Assembly (NCBI GenBank): GCA_003645215.1
Contig: QNEM01000001.1
Span: forward strand, 1 to 54,275
Reading direction: 5' to 3'
From: Gammaproteobacteria bacterium
GTDB taxonomy: Bacteria > Pseudomonadota > Gammaproteobacteria > Eutrophobiales > Eutrophobiaceae
Length of the DNA: 54,275 nucleotides
Every line of letters begins with the position of its first letter. Position 1 is the first letter of the stretch. Made by a program: the position numbers and the translations under genes. Shown one piece after another: positions 16,721 through 25,232 of the stretch. The notes beneath the pieces are model-generated. The model saw only the letters and a program-made list of their open reading frames with translations. It was not told the origin of the DNA and made no database searches.

Positions 16721-19534
16721 ATGCTGAAACAGGATAAACAGAGTACCAAGTTTTCACGCCGTCTTTTCAGCCAATATTTTATATCAACAATCATTCCTGT
16801 GATTGTTCTTTCCCTGATTTCTTTCTATACAATTTCCAGCTTGCTTAAAAAGAATGCAACCCGGCAGATTTATGCCGAGAGTCGTGCTGTAGGCTTAAGC
16901 CTGAATGATCGACTGTTGACTATGGAGAGTAATTTAATCGACGTTAGCAGGTCGATTGATAATATCGATCTGATCGTTAGTAATGATTGGCTTAAGGCGA
17001 TGTTTAGCAGTTTATACATCACTGACTCCAACGGACATGATCAGCTAATCTTTGGTGAAGATGTTATTAATCTTGAATTAACTGATTATCAACAAAAGCA
17101 TCTGAATAAAGATAATCGTTTATTGCTGGCCCATAATTCTGACAACAAGCAAGCTCAATTGTTGATGCTTAATGTTCTTAATCCTGATAGCAGGCAGATC
17201 CTGGTTGCGGTTTTGAATCCTGAATATTTATGGGACATCGTAATTAATGATGCTGACCTGTTTTGTGCTGTAGTTGATCAAAGATTATTTATGTATTGTC
17301 CGGGTTTAATATATCAATCTGATAATCTTTCCAAAATAAAAGATCTGTTAGCTTCTAATAACCATGACTTGGGCGAAACAACACTGGATGGCGTTTATTA
17401 CCTGAGTAATCAGTGGGATCTGTTTCTAGACGGAATCTTTGGTTTTAATGGTGTATCAATCATATATTTTATGCCCAGGAACGATGCGTTCCTCGAGTAT
17501 GACTATTACATCGATGCTTTACCTCAATCAATTTTAATCACACTGTTAATTGTCTTTACCTTGAGTAGTGTTCAGATGCGACGTTCCTTGACGCCATTAA
17601 TGAAATTAACCCAGGGCGCAAAAAATATCATTGATGGCAACTATACAAAAACAGTAGATATTGATAGCAATGATGAGTTTGAAGTATTGGGATCAACATT
17701 TAATACCATGTCTCATCGAATAGATGAAGCATTCAAGAAAATAACAACACTTGCAAAAATAGACAGGCTTATTTTATCAACCTCTGATTCGGAATACATT
17801 GTTGAAGTCCTGATTGAATATATACCATCGATTATTCCTGCAGACAATATTGCGATTTTTATTCTGGATCTGGAAAAAGGCAATGAAGGTAATCTATTTT
17901 CCAATAATAAAACTGATAATGAAATTTCGAATACTGTTATAAATATTAAAAAATCAGAGGTAGATGAATTAAATAAAGCTGATGGAATAATTATAAAAAC
18001 AGCAGCGGACAAGCATGGTTACCTGTCACCATTAATAACACTTGGTAATACCACTTTTTCAATAAGTCCAATCAGGAATCAGGAAATCTTCCTGGGCTTC
18101 ATATGTACCTGTTTCCAGGAAACAACTGAAATAAGTCAGGAACTGGGCGACAGCCTGACAGAGATTTCTGACCGTGCAGCAGTCGCATTTTCAAATGCAA
18201 TCTGGGAGAACAAGCTATTTCATCAGGCGCATTATGATTCATTAACAACGTTACCAAACCGCTACCTGTTCCAGGACAGACTTGAACAGGCCATAGAGAG
18301 GGCAAAAAGAAATAATTTAAATGTTGCTATCCTCTTTATTGATCTTGATCGATTCAAGAATATAAATGATTCACTGGGTCATACAGTTGGTGATCAGTTA
18401 TTGATTCAAGTATCCAGGATTCTCCTTAAATGCGTACGTTCATATAATTCAGTTGCACGTTTTGGTGGTGATGAGTTTACAGCTATTATTTCAGACGTAA
18501 ATGACGTGGAAGTTAAGGTACAAACAGAGAGGCTAGCCAGAAGAATTAATGAATTATTGTCTGTGCCTATTGTCATCGATGATCGAAAATTCAATATCTC
18601 TGCAAGTATAGGTATAGCGATGTTTCCGGGTGATGCAGATAATATTAATGATTTATTAAAGAATGCAGATACAGCAATGTATGAAGCTAAAAGAATTGCC
18701 GTTGGCAATCACCAGTATTATCAAAAACAGCAAAACAAGGAAACCCTGGAACTTCTGGAACTGGAAAATGAATTAGGACATGCTATTGAAAATAACGAAC
18801 TGGTATTACATTACCAACCAAAGGTAAATTTACATGACGGTATGATTTATAGTGTTGAATCATTAGTCCGCTGGAACCACCCTGAACGTGGTTTAGTGTC
18901 TCCAGGCACATTTATACCATTAGCCGAAGTAACAGGAATGATTGGTGATATTGGCTACTGGATAATGAGAACCGCTTGCGAACAATGCAAAGCCTGGCAA
19001 GCTAAAAATATTGAAATTAAAATTGCAGTGAATTTATCTGTGGAACAATTCAACGATAAATATTTATATGAAAACATCGTTAAGATACTTGACGAGACTG
19101 GCGTCGATATAGGCTTAATTGAGCTAGAAGTTACAGAGTCGCTTACAATTGAAGATATTGATAAAACCATAGCCCTGTTAACCAGATTCAGGGACAAGGG
19201 CCTGGGAATAACCATTGATGACTTTGGTACGGGTTTTTCCTCAATGTCATATTTGCAAAAGCTGCCGATCAATAAATTAAAAATTGATAAAACTTTTATT
19301 GATAATGCCCATCTGGATGATGATTCGGCATCTATCGTAAGGGCTATTATCGGATTAGCGCATAATTTATCACTATCAGTCGTAGCAGAAGGCGTTGAAG
19401 TTGAAGCTCAATATGATTTTCTCAAGTCACTCGACTGCGATGAAATACAAGGATTCTTTTTCTGTAAACCTTTACCTGAAGATGAGTTAATAAAACATGT
19501 TCTGCTCGAGAATAGTCGAAATGCTAAAGCGTGA
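16721..19534 (+). CDS. Membrane sensor diguanylate cyclase/phosphodiesterase (periplasmic domain-HAMP-GAF-like-GGDEF-EAL)
   Basis: 937 aa with two TM helices flanking a roughly 230-aa loop. HAMP region (DEFEVLGSTFNTMSHRI), GGDEF (RFGGDEFTAII) and EAL-domain motifs (ESLVRW, ELEVTES, DDFGTGFSS, KIDKTFI, EGVE, QGFFF). Confidence 0.9.
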   Translation: MLKQDKQSTKFSRRLFSQYFISTIIPVIVLSLISFYTISSLLKKNATRQIYAESRAVGLSLNDRLLTMESNLIDVSRSIDNIDLIVSNDWLKAMFSSLYITDSNGHDQLIFGEDVINLELTDYQQKHLNKDNRLLLAHNSDNKQAQLLMLNVLNPDSRQILVAVLNPEYLWDIVINDADLFCAVVDQRLFMYCPGLIYQSDNLSKIKDLLASNNHDLGETTLDGVYYLSNQWDLFLDGIFGFNGVSIIYFMPRNDAFLEYDYYIDALPQSILITLLIVFTLSSVQMRRSLTPLMKLTQGAKNIIDGNYTKTVDIDSNDEFEVLGSTFNTMSHRIDEAFKKITTLAKIDRLILSTSDSEYIVEVLIEYIPSIIPADNIAIFILDLEKGNEGNLFSNNKTDNEISNTVINIKKSEVDELNKADGIIIKTAADKHGYLSPLITLGNTTFSISPIRNQEIFLGFICTCFQETTEISQELGDSLTEISDRAAVAFSNAIWENKLFHQAHYDSLTTLPNRYLFQDRLEQAIERAKRNNLNVAILFIDLDRFKNINDSLGHTVGDQLLIQVSRILLKCVRSYNSVARFGGDEFTAIISDVNDVEVKVQTERLARRINELLSVPIVIDDRKFNISASIGIAMFPGDADNINDLLKNADTAMYEAKRIAVGNHQYYQKQQNKETLELLELENELGHAIENNELVLHYQPKVNLHDGMIYSVESLVRWNHPERGLVSPGTFIPLAEVTGMIGDIGYWIMRTACEQCKAWQAKNIEIKIAVNLSVEQFNDKYLYENIVKILDETGVDIGLIELEVTESLTIEDIDKTIALLTRFRDKGLGITIDDFGTGFSSMSYLQKLPINKLKIDKTFIDNAHLDDDSASIVRAIIGLAHNLSLSVVAEGVEVEAQYDFLKSLDCDEIQGFFFCKPLPEDELIKHVLLENSRNAKA

Positions 19535-19597
19535 TCCACTATCCTTAAAGTGGAGTGTGATTCAGCAGAATAATAACCAGAACCGGTGTTGGTCGAT

Positions 19598-20359
19598 CTA
19601 GTGTTTGCCAGTCAGGGGCACAAATGCAACAGACAAAATATCTCTCTGTTTGATCTTACCATTAGCGTCTTTCGTTAAAACCCTGAGGGACTGCGTCTGT
19701 CCCTGCCTTCCTACCGGAATCACCAATCGTCCACCCGGTTTTAATTGTTGAACAAGTTGCTCCGGTATATGTTCCGCAGCTGCTGTCACTAAAATAGCAT
19801 CAAAGGGGGCATGTTCAGGCCAGCCATGATAGCCATCACCAATCTTTACCGTAACATTGTCATAAGCCAGATCCTGTAATAGCGACTTTGCTTGCAGACC
19901 CAGGGGTTCTACGATCTCTATACTATAAACATGGCTTGCCAGCTCAGACAATATAGCAGCCTGATAACCGGAACCCGTGCCGACTTCCAGGACCACGGAC
20001 TCAGAAGTCACCGCAGCCAGCTCGGTCATCAGTGCAACAATATAAGGTTGGGAAATAGTCTGTCTGTGACTTATCGGCAATGCTGTGTTCTCGTAAGCAA
20101 ATACCCGACTATCTGGCGGAACAAACTTATGCCGGGGCACATCCAACAACGCCTGCTCCACCTGCTTATCCAGGGCAGCCTCGCCTGTGTAAGATTTCGT
20201 CATCGCCATCATTTGCTTGATCTCAACAAGCATCTGCTGGCGTTTTTCCTGATAGTCATCCTCTGCAAAGGTCTTCGTTACCGACATTGTCACCATCACT
20301 CCCAGTAGCACAATCCTGAGTGGTAATTTCATTGAAATTATTGGCATATGATCAAGCAT
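19598..20359 (-). CDS. pcm: Protein-L-isoaspartate O-methyltransferase homologue with an N-terminal signal peptide
   Basis: ISQPYIVALMTE, VLEVGTGSGYQAAILSEL, DAILVTAAA and LKPGGRLVIPVG are PIMT motifs. The N-terminus MKLPLRIVLLGVMVTMSVTKTFA|EDD looks like a Sec signal. The start may be ATG 20332. Confidence 0.8.
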   Translation of the reverse strand: MLDHMPIISMKLPLRIVLLGVMVTMSVTKTFAEDDYQEKRQQMLVEIKQMMAMTKSYTGEAALDKQVEQALLDVPRHKFVPPDSRVFAYENTALPISHRQTISQPYIVALMTELAAVTSESVVLEVGTGSGYQAAILSELASHVYSIEIVEPLGLQAKSLLQDLAYDNVTVKIGDGYHGWPEHAPFDAILVTAAAEHIPEQLVQQLKPGGRLVIPVGRQGQTQSLRVLTKDANGKIKQRDILSVAFVPLTGKH

Positions 20360-20404
20360 AGCAGCTATTTGTCAAAGTTAACTTAAGTGACAACAATAAG
20401 CTTT

Positions 20405-20824
20405 TTATACAGTGGTCTGTTCCTGGTTCATCATGTGATTGGCTGTTTGTGTGAAGGCCATGATTAGTTGCGCTTTGAATGCAGCGTCAATGGGCATTTC
20501 ATCCAGTGCCTTGCGCATACACATCAACCATTGATCTCTTTCGGCGACACCTATTGGGAAAGGCAGGTGCCGTGCCCGTAATCTTGGATGACCGAAGGCG
20601 GCGATATATCTGTCAGGCCCGTCGAGCCAGCCGCTTAAAAACATAAATAATTTTTCTCTGGCACTGCGTAAATCTTTTGCATGTAATTCCCGTATGGTTC
20701 TGGCCTCTGGCAGGGTTTCCATATTATCGTAAAATGTATTAACCAGTTTCCACAGGCCTTCTTCTGAGCCTATTCGTTCGTAGCTGCTTATTTGTGTTAC
20801 TGCTTTTACATTTTCTGATGGCAC
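20405..20824 (-). CDS. Group II truncated haemoglobin (GlbO/YjbI-like)
   Basis: 139 aa; YERIGSEEGLWKLVNTFYDNM...LHAKDL...KLFMFLSGWLDGPDRY...GHPRLRARHLPFPI...RDQWLMCM fits the trHbO pattern. Confidence 0.85.
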   Translation of the reverse strand: MPSENVKAVTQISSYERIGSEEGLWKLVNTFYDNMETLPEARTIRELHAKDLRSAREKLFMFLSGWLDGPDRYIAAFGHPRLRARHLPFPIGVAERDQWLMCMRKALDEMPIDAAFKAQLIMAFTQTANHMMNQEQTTV

Positions 20825-20826
20825 AT

Positions 20827-21318
20827 CTATTCCTCAACAATATTTACGGCGGTTTCTGTCTCGACCAGATCAAACAACTCAATCATATCGTCATTTTGCA
20901 TACGCACACAGCCTCGCGAACCGGGGACGCCCATGGCGACATCGTCCGGGCCTCCGTGTATATAAATATAGCGATCATAACTATCGACATTACCACCCTT
21001 GTTTCTACCTGCTTCACAACCACTGAGCCAGAGGATACGCGTCAATATCCAGTCTCTGTCTGGAAACTGCTCACGTAGTTCCGGGTGATACAACTCCCCT
21101 GTAGCTTCTCTGCCAACAAAAACAGTGTTTGCTTCGCAGCCTGCACCAATCTTTTCATGGATAAGATGTTTTCCCCTGGGCGTACATTCACTGTCCATTT
21201 GTTCACCCGGGCCATTCTTTGCCGTCGAGATGGTGTATTGCTTAATTACTTCATTGCCTGCAAACAATGTGAGTGTTTGCAGGCTAATATTGACTTCTAT
21301 GTGCTTGTCTTGATTCAT
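20827..21318 (-). CDS. YkuD-domain (L,D-transpeptidase family) protein without a recognisable signal peptide
   Basis: 163 aa; active-site block IHGGPDDVAMGVPGSRGCVRMQNDDM (His...Ser-x-Gly-Cys-x-Arg). The N-terminus MNQDKHIEVN is hydrophilic. Confidence 0.8.
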   Translation of the reverse strand: MNQDKHIEVNISLQTLTLFAGNEVIKQYTISTAKNGPGEQMDSECTPRGKHLIHEKIGAGCEANTVFVGREATGELYHPELREQFPDRDWILTRILWLSGCEAGRNKGGNVDSYDRYIYIHGGPDDVAMGVPGSRGCVRMQNDDMIELFDLVETETAVNIVEE

Positions 21319-21349
21319 GTTTGTTTAAAAATAATTATTCTCTTTTTAA

Positions 21350-22837
21350 CTAATCTCTGTTAACCGTGAGTAGACCATCATAGTTACCATCGCTTGCCAG
21401 CGTGTAGCCACTGATGTCCTTTGCTGTCACCAGTATATTATCTTCATACCATAGCGGTATATAAGGTAATTGCTCATGCAGATAAGCCTGCAGGTCTTGA
21501 TACAGCTTTGCCTGCTCGCCCAGGTCTTGTTTGCTTTCTGCTGCCTCTATCATGGCATCTGCAGTGGTATCCTTAAAGCGACCCCGGTTCGCACCATTGG
21601 GTGGCAACGATGAACTATGGAAGGCATAGCGGAATATATCCGGGATCTTCAGACCCACCCATGACAGGCTATACATCTGAAACCGTCCGGCCTTGATATC
21701 GCCATAAAAGGTACCCCAGTCATAACTCCGTACATCGACTTCTATGCCTACCTGTTTTAATTGATATTGAATGATGGTGGCCAGGCGCACACGAAAAGGA
21801 TTATTTGAGGTTTTATAGATAATCTCCAGTGGATTTAGTTCATCATAGCCTGCGGCCCTGAGCAAACGTTTTGATTCTTCCGGGTCAAATTCAACGCCGA
21901 TCAATTGTGAATTTCCACTCCAGTGCTCTGGCGGCAACATGGCACCAGCCTTACGTGCTGTGTTGTCCATGACATATTCTATGATCTCATCTCTATTGAT
22001 CGCATGGGCAATTGCCTGGCGAATTGGCAGTTGGCTGGTCACAGGATCTGTCATATTAAATCCCATATAGGTGAAGGTATCTCCCTGCGCTTGTTCAATA
22101 TTGGTTTTATCCTGTTCCTCTAACCAGCCAATCATTTCTCTGGGGATATCGCCTTGAAGGATGTCTAACTCATCGCGCATTAATTTTAATATTCGCACCG
22201 TCGGATCTTTGACGGTAATAAATTTTAATAATTGATTATCTCGTAATCGTTTTAATGAAAGGTCACCATCGTTCGGCCATTCCAGAAATGCCACGGGACC
22301 ACTACCCACAGGCTCTCGATTAAAAGGATGTCCTGAATCTATCAGTGTTGCGGGCAATATGCCGATAACCAGTCTGCCGGGAAACAGGGGATCTGCATGC
22401 TGCAAAATGAAATCAACGGTATCCTCGTCGATCACTTGTATGTTTTCGATCACCACAATGGAACCACGATGAGGTGAAGCATTACTGGCTTCCAATACAA
22501 AATCATATGTTGCTTTCACATCTTCAGCAGTTAATCTTTCTCCATGATGAAATTGTCTACCTGAATTACCGAGTATGAATCGATAGTGTTCAGGAGCGAG
22601 CATCTCCCAATCTGCCAGATCGGGGATGAATTGAAAGTTGTCATCAAAATCAACCAGGCTGCGATAGATCAAACGTGTGATCCGGTAGGATGCGGCATCT
22701 GTTGAAAAACGTGGATCCAGGGTTACTGGTTCTGATTCCAGGCCAAAGCGAATGGCCTCATCTTGTTCCTGACTACAGCCCGTTAGAAATATAAAAATGG
22801 CAAATAGATAAAAAACAAAAAGTCGTTTATCTATCAT
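21350..22837 (-). CDS. ABC transporter substrate-binding lipoprotein, family 5 (DppA/OppA/MppA-like)
   Basis: Start moved to ATG 22837. Lipobox IFLTGC. Family-5 SBP length and pattern (LVDFDDN..., WEWPNDG-like). The track start 22882 would overlap rlmD. Confidence 0.85.
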   Translation of the reverse strand: MIDKRLFVFYLFAIFIFLTGCSQEQDEAIRFGLESEPVTLDPRFSTDAASYRITRLIYRSLVDFDDNFQFIPDLADWEMLAPEHYRFILGNSGRQFHHGERLTAEDVKATYDFVLEASNASPHRGSIVVIENIQVIDEDTVDFILQHADPLFPGRLVIGILPATLIDSGHPFNREPVGSGPVAFLEWPNDGDLSLKRLRDNQLLKFITVKDPTVRILKLMRDELDILQGDIPREMIGWLEEQDKTNIEQAQGDTFTYMGFNMTDPVTSQLPIRQAIAHAINRDEIIEYVMDNTARKAGAMLPPEHWSGNSQLIGVEFDPEESKRLLRAAGYDELNPLEIIYKTSNNPFRVRLATIIQYQLKQVGIEVDVRSYDWGTFYGDIKAGRFQMYSLSWVGLKIPDIFRYAFHSSSLPPNGANRGRFKDTTADAMIEAAESKQDLGEQAKLYQDLQAYLHEQLPYIPLWYEDNILVTAKDISGYTLASDGNYDGLLTVNRD

Positions 22838-22841
22838 TCTT

Positions 22842-24179
22842 TTATTTTCTCTTTTTACTAAACACTGCAATAGATTCAACATGTGTTGTATGAGGGAACA
22901 TATCCATCACGCCTGCCTGCTCCAGCTTAAAACCTTTATCATTGACCAGAATACCGGCATCTCTTGCCAGCGTTGATGGATTACAGGAAACGTAAACAAT
23001 CCTTTCGATTGATTTCAGGTTCATCTTTTCTATGATTTCCTGTGCCCCATTACGCGCCGGATCCAATAGTAATTTATTAAAACCGCCTTTTAGGAAGTCT
23101 TCATTCAAATCGTCTTTGGCCAGGTCTATCGCCCGGAATTCCACATTGTCTATATTGTTAAGCGCGGCATTTTGTTTTGCGCGTTCGACCAAGCCATGTT
23201 CGCCCTCGATACCCAGTACATTGACCGCCTTGCGTGCCAGTGGCAAAGTAAAATTACCAATGCCACAAAACAAATCAAGCACACTATCTTCGCTATTCAC
23301 TTCCAGTAATTCCAGTGCCCGAGGCACCATGGCACGATTAATTTCAAGATTTACCTGTGTAAAGTCAGTCGGTAAAAAATTCAGCGTCACATCAAATTCT
23401 GGTAATGAATAAGATAATTGCCTCGCAGTCGTTCCTGGCAAAGGCACTACCGAATCCAGACCGCCTGACTGCAAATAGATATCAACATCATGTTGTTCTG
23501 CGAATACCTTGAGCTTGCCAATATCTTCATCATTGAAATCGGCAAGGTGTCTGAAGATCAATGCCGTGACCTCATCACCTATAGCCACTTCAATTTGTGG
23601 GATTTGTTTGATTAGTGATAATTCTGTAATTAAACACTGTAGCGGTTCAATCAATAGGCCCACGGAGGGATGCAAGACTTCACAACTGTTCATATCTGCA
23701 ACGAAAGGACTGTATTTTTCCCGAAACCCGACCAGCAATCGCTCTTTCTTGTCTACATACTTAACACCCAGTCGCGCCTTGCGTCGATAACCCCATATGG
23801 GTCCAGTTAACGGTGGGATGACAGATTTTGGTTTAACCTTACCGATATGTGTTAACTGTTCCAGCAGAACAGATTGTTTATGTTCGATCTGAAAGTCATG
23901 CTGCATATGTTGCAAACTACAGCCACCACACAGACCAAAGAATTCACATTTTGGCTCAACACGCTCTGCTGCCGGATTGGTAATCTCCAGTGCATGTGCT
24001 TCATCATATTTAGGGCGCTGCTTTTTATACTGGAACAGCGCATCTTCACCCGGCAATGCACCATTAACAAAGACCGTTTTACCCTCAACACGCGCAATGC
24101 CCCGGCCTTCATGAGAAAGAGATTCTATCTTTGCAGAAACGGGTTCTTGCGGAAGTTTTCTTCTACGTCGTCTTGCCAT
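22842..24179 (-). CDS. rlmD: 23S rRNA (uracil1939-C5)-methyltransferase RlmD
   Basis: 445 aa; N-terminal TRAM domain (IESLSHEGRGIARVEGKTVFV), Fe-S cysteines CEFFGLCGGCSLQH, SAM motif VLDLFCGIGNFTLPLA, catalytic YVSCNPSTLARD. Confidence 0.9.
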   Translation of the reverse strand: MARRRRRKLPQEPVSAKIESLSHEGRGIARVEGKTVFVNGALPGEDALFQYKKQRPKYDEAHALEITNPAAERVEPKCEFFGLCGGCSLQHMQHDFQIEHKQSVLLEQLTHIGKVKPKSVIPPLTGPIWGYRRKARLGVKYVDKKERLLVGFREKYSPFVADMNSCEVLHPSVGLLIEPLQCLITELSLIKQIPQIEVAIGDEVTALIFRHLADFNDEDIGKLKVFAEQHDVDIYLQSGGLDSVVPLPGTTARQLSYSLPEFDVTLNFLPTDFTQVNLEINRAMVPRALELLEVNSEDSVLDLFCGIGNFTLPLARKAVNVLGIEGEHGLVERAKQNAALNNIDNVEFRAIDLAKDDLNEDFLKGGFNKLLLDPARNGAQEIIEKMNLKSIERIVYVSCNPSTLARDAGILVNDKGFKLEQAGVMDMFPHTTHVESIAVFSKKRK

Positions 24180-24221
24180 AATTTGTGATAATTAAAATTC
24201 TGATTGAACATCTATTCGTCC

Positions 24222-24379
24222 ATACCCGTGATACTTGGAAATGCGTGTTCAGAGTGTGTCTGTTTTTATTCAGGGCAAGGCGCGACGATGCGTATGGCCA
24301 CCCCCTGCAAAGAGGAGCAACGCTGCCATGGATAAAAACGGGCGTGCTATGAATGTGCATTTTCAGGTATCACGGGTAT
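24222..24379. mobile_element. 158-bp inverted-repeat element related to MITE family A
   Basis: Left end ATACCCGTGATACTTGGAAATGC (24222..24244). The right end (24357..24379) is the reverse complement of ATACCCGTGATACCTGAAAATGC. It shares ATACCC-N5-TAC(T/C)TGGAAATGC and the internal TTCAGAG and AAGGCGC words with family A. Confidence 0.55.
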
Positions 24380-24419
24380 ATATAACGATAGGAGTGAAAA
24401 ATATTTGCAGGATGTATTC

Positions 24420-25190
24420 TTATTTCCAGGCGCTTGCGAATTCAAGTAGATGTGGATGACCTTCTTCCTGCAACATGTCTCTAACACGTTCGCATTCTGC
24501 CTCATAAGCGGTCGCTGATTTCTGCCCGCGCATGAGTTCGAAACGCAGATAAACCAGGTAAGTATTGAGTACATCGGTTTCGCAATAATTTCGAATACCT
24601 TCGATATTCCCCGCAAGGTAATTGTCCCAGACCTTACTACCGTCCATGCCCATCTTGCCCGGAAAACCCAACATCGTCGCAATTTCTGTTAAGGGGGCAT
24701 TGGCGCGAGGGTTATATCCAGCAATGACATCCATCAGATCTGTGTGTCTATCGTGAAAACGACTGATGTAATTATTCCATTTAAAATTTTTATCATCGCC
24801 ACCGGTTTCCCAATAGCGAGCGGCATTGATGCCATGCAATAGTGTTCGATAATGCAAGACCGGCAGATCAAAACCACTGCCATTCCAGGAAACCAGTCTT
24901 GGGGTATAACGATCAATACCATCAAAATATCGTTGAATGATATCTGCTTCAGATGAATCAGTATCACCTAAAGACCATACGCTTAAATTATCTGATGTCC
25001 TGAGAACCACCGAGATAGCAACAATCCTTTGCAGATGATGCCGAATGAAATCACTGCCGCCTGTTTGTTGCCGACGTTGAGCAAACATGGATTCGGCAAC
25101 CTCTGCATCCGACAAACCTTCCATGTCCTGAAACTTTCTTGCAGAGTCCGTATCCGGAACTGTTTCAATATCAAATATCAGTAGATTCAT
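24420..25190 (-). CDS. Predicted 3'-5' exonuclease, PolB exonuclease-domain-like (COG3298-type, RNase H fold)
   Basis: 256 aa; Exo I motif LLIFDIETVPD, followed by ...IVAISVV... and ...SWNGSGFDLPVL... The family assignment is from memory. Confidence 0.7.
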   Translation of the reverse strand: MNLLIFDIETVPDTDSARKFQDMEGLSDAEVAESMFAQRRQQTGGSDFIRHHLQRIVAISVVLRTSDNLSVWSLGDTDSSEADIIQRYFDGIDRYTPRLVSWNGSGFDLPVLHYRTLLHGINAARYWETGGDDKNFKWNNYISRFHDRHTDLMDVIAGYNPRANAPLTEIATMLGFPGKMGMDGSKVWDNYLAGNIEGIRNYCETDVLNTYLVYLRFELMRGQKSATAYEAECERVRDMLQEEGHPHLLEFASAWK

Positions 25191-25232
25191 TTTTTATTCT
25201 ATTTTATAGATCCATAGTATAAGGTCAGGTTT

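Noticed and set aside
19535-19554. Hairpin TCCACT-N8-AGTGGA right after the GGDEF-EAL stop as a terminator
   Set aside because: The stem is only 6 bp and is followed by GTGTGATTC, with no T-tract on either strand. That is too weak to call.
24163-24682. Small ORFs (65, 74 and 111 aa) spanning the rlmD/exonuclease intergenic region
   Set aside because: They overlap the 158-bp inverted-repeat element or the 3' part of the exonuclease gene in other frames. They have no RBS and show no conservation signal.
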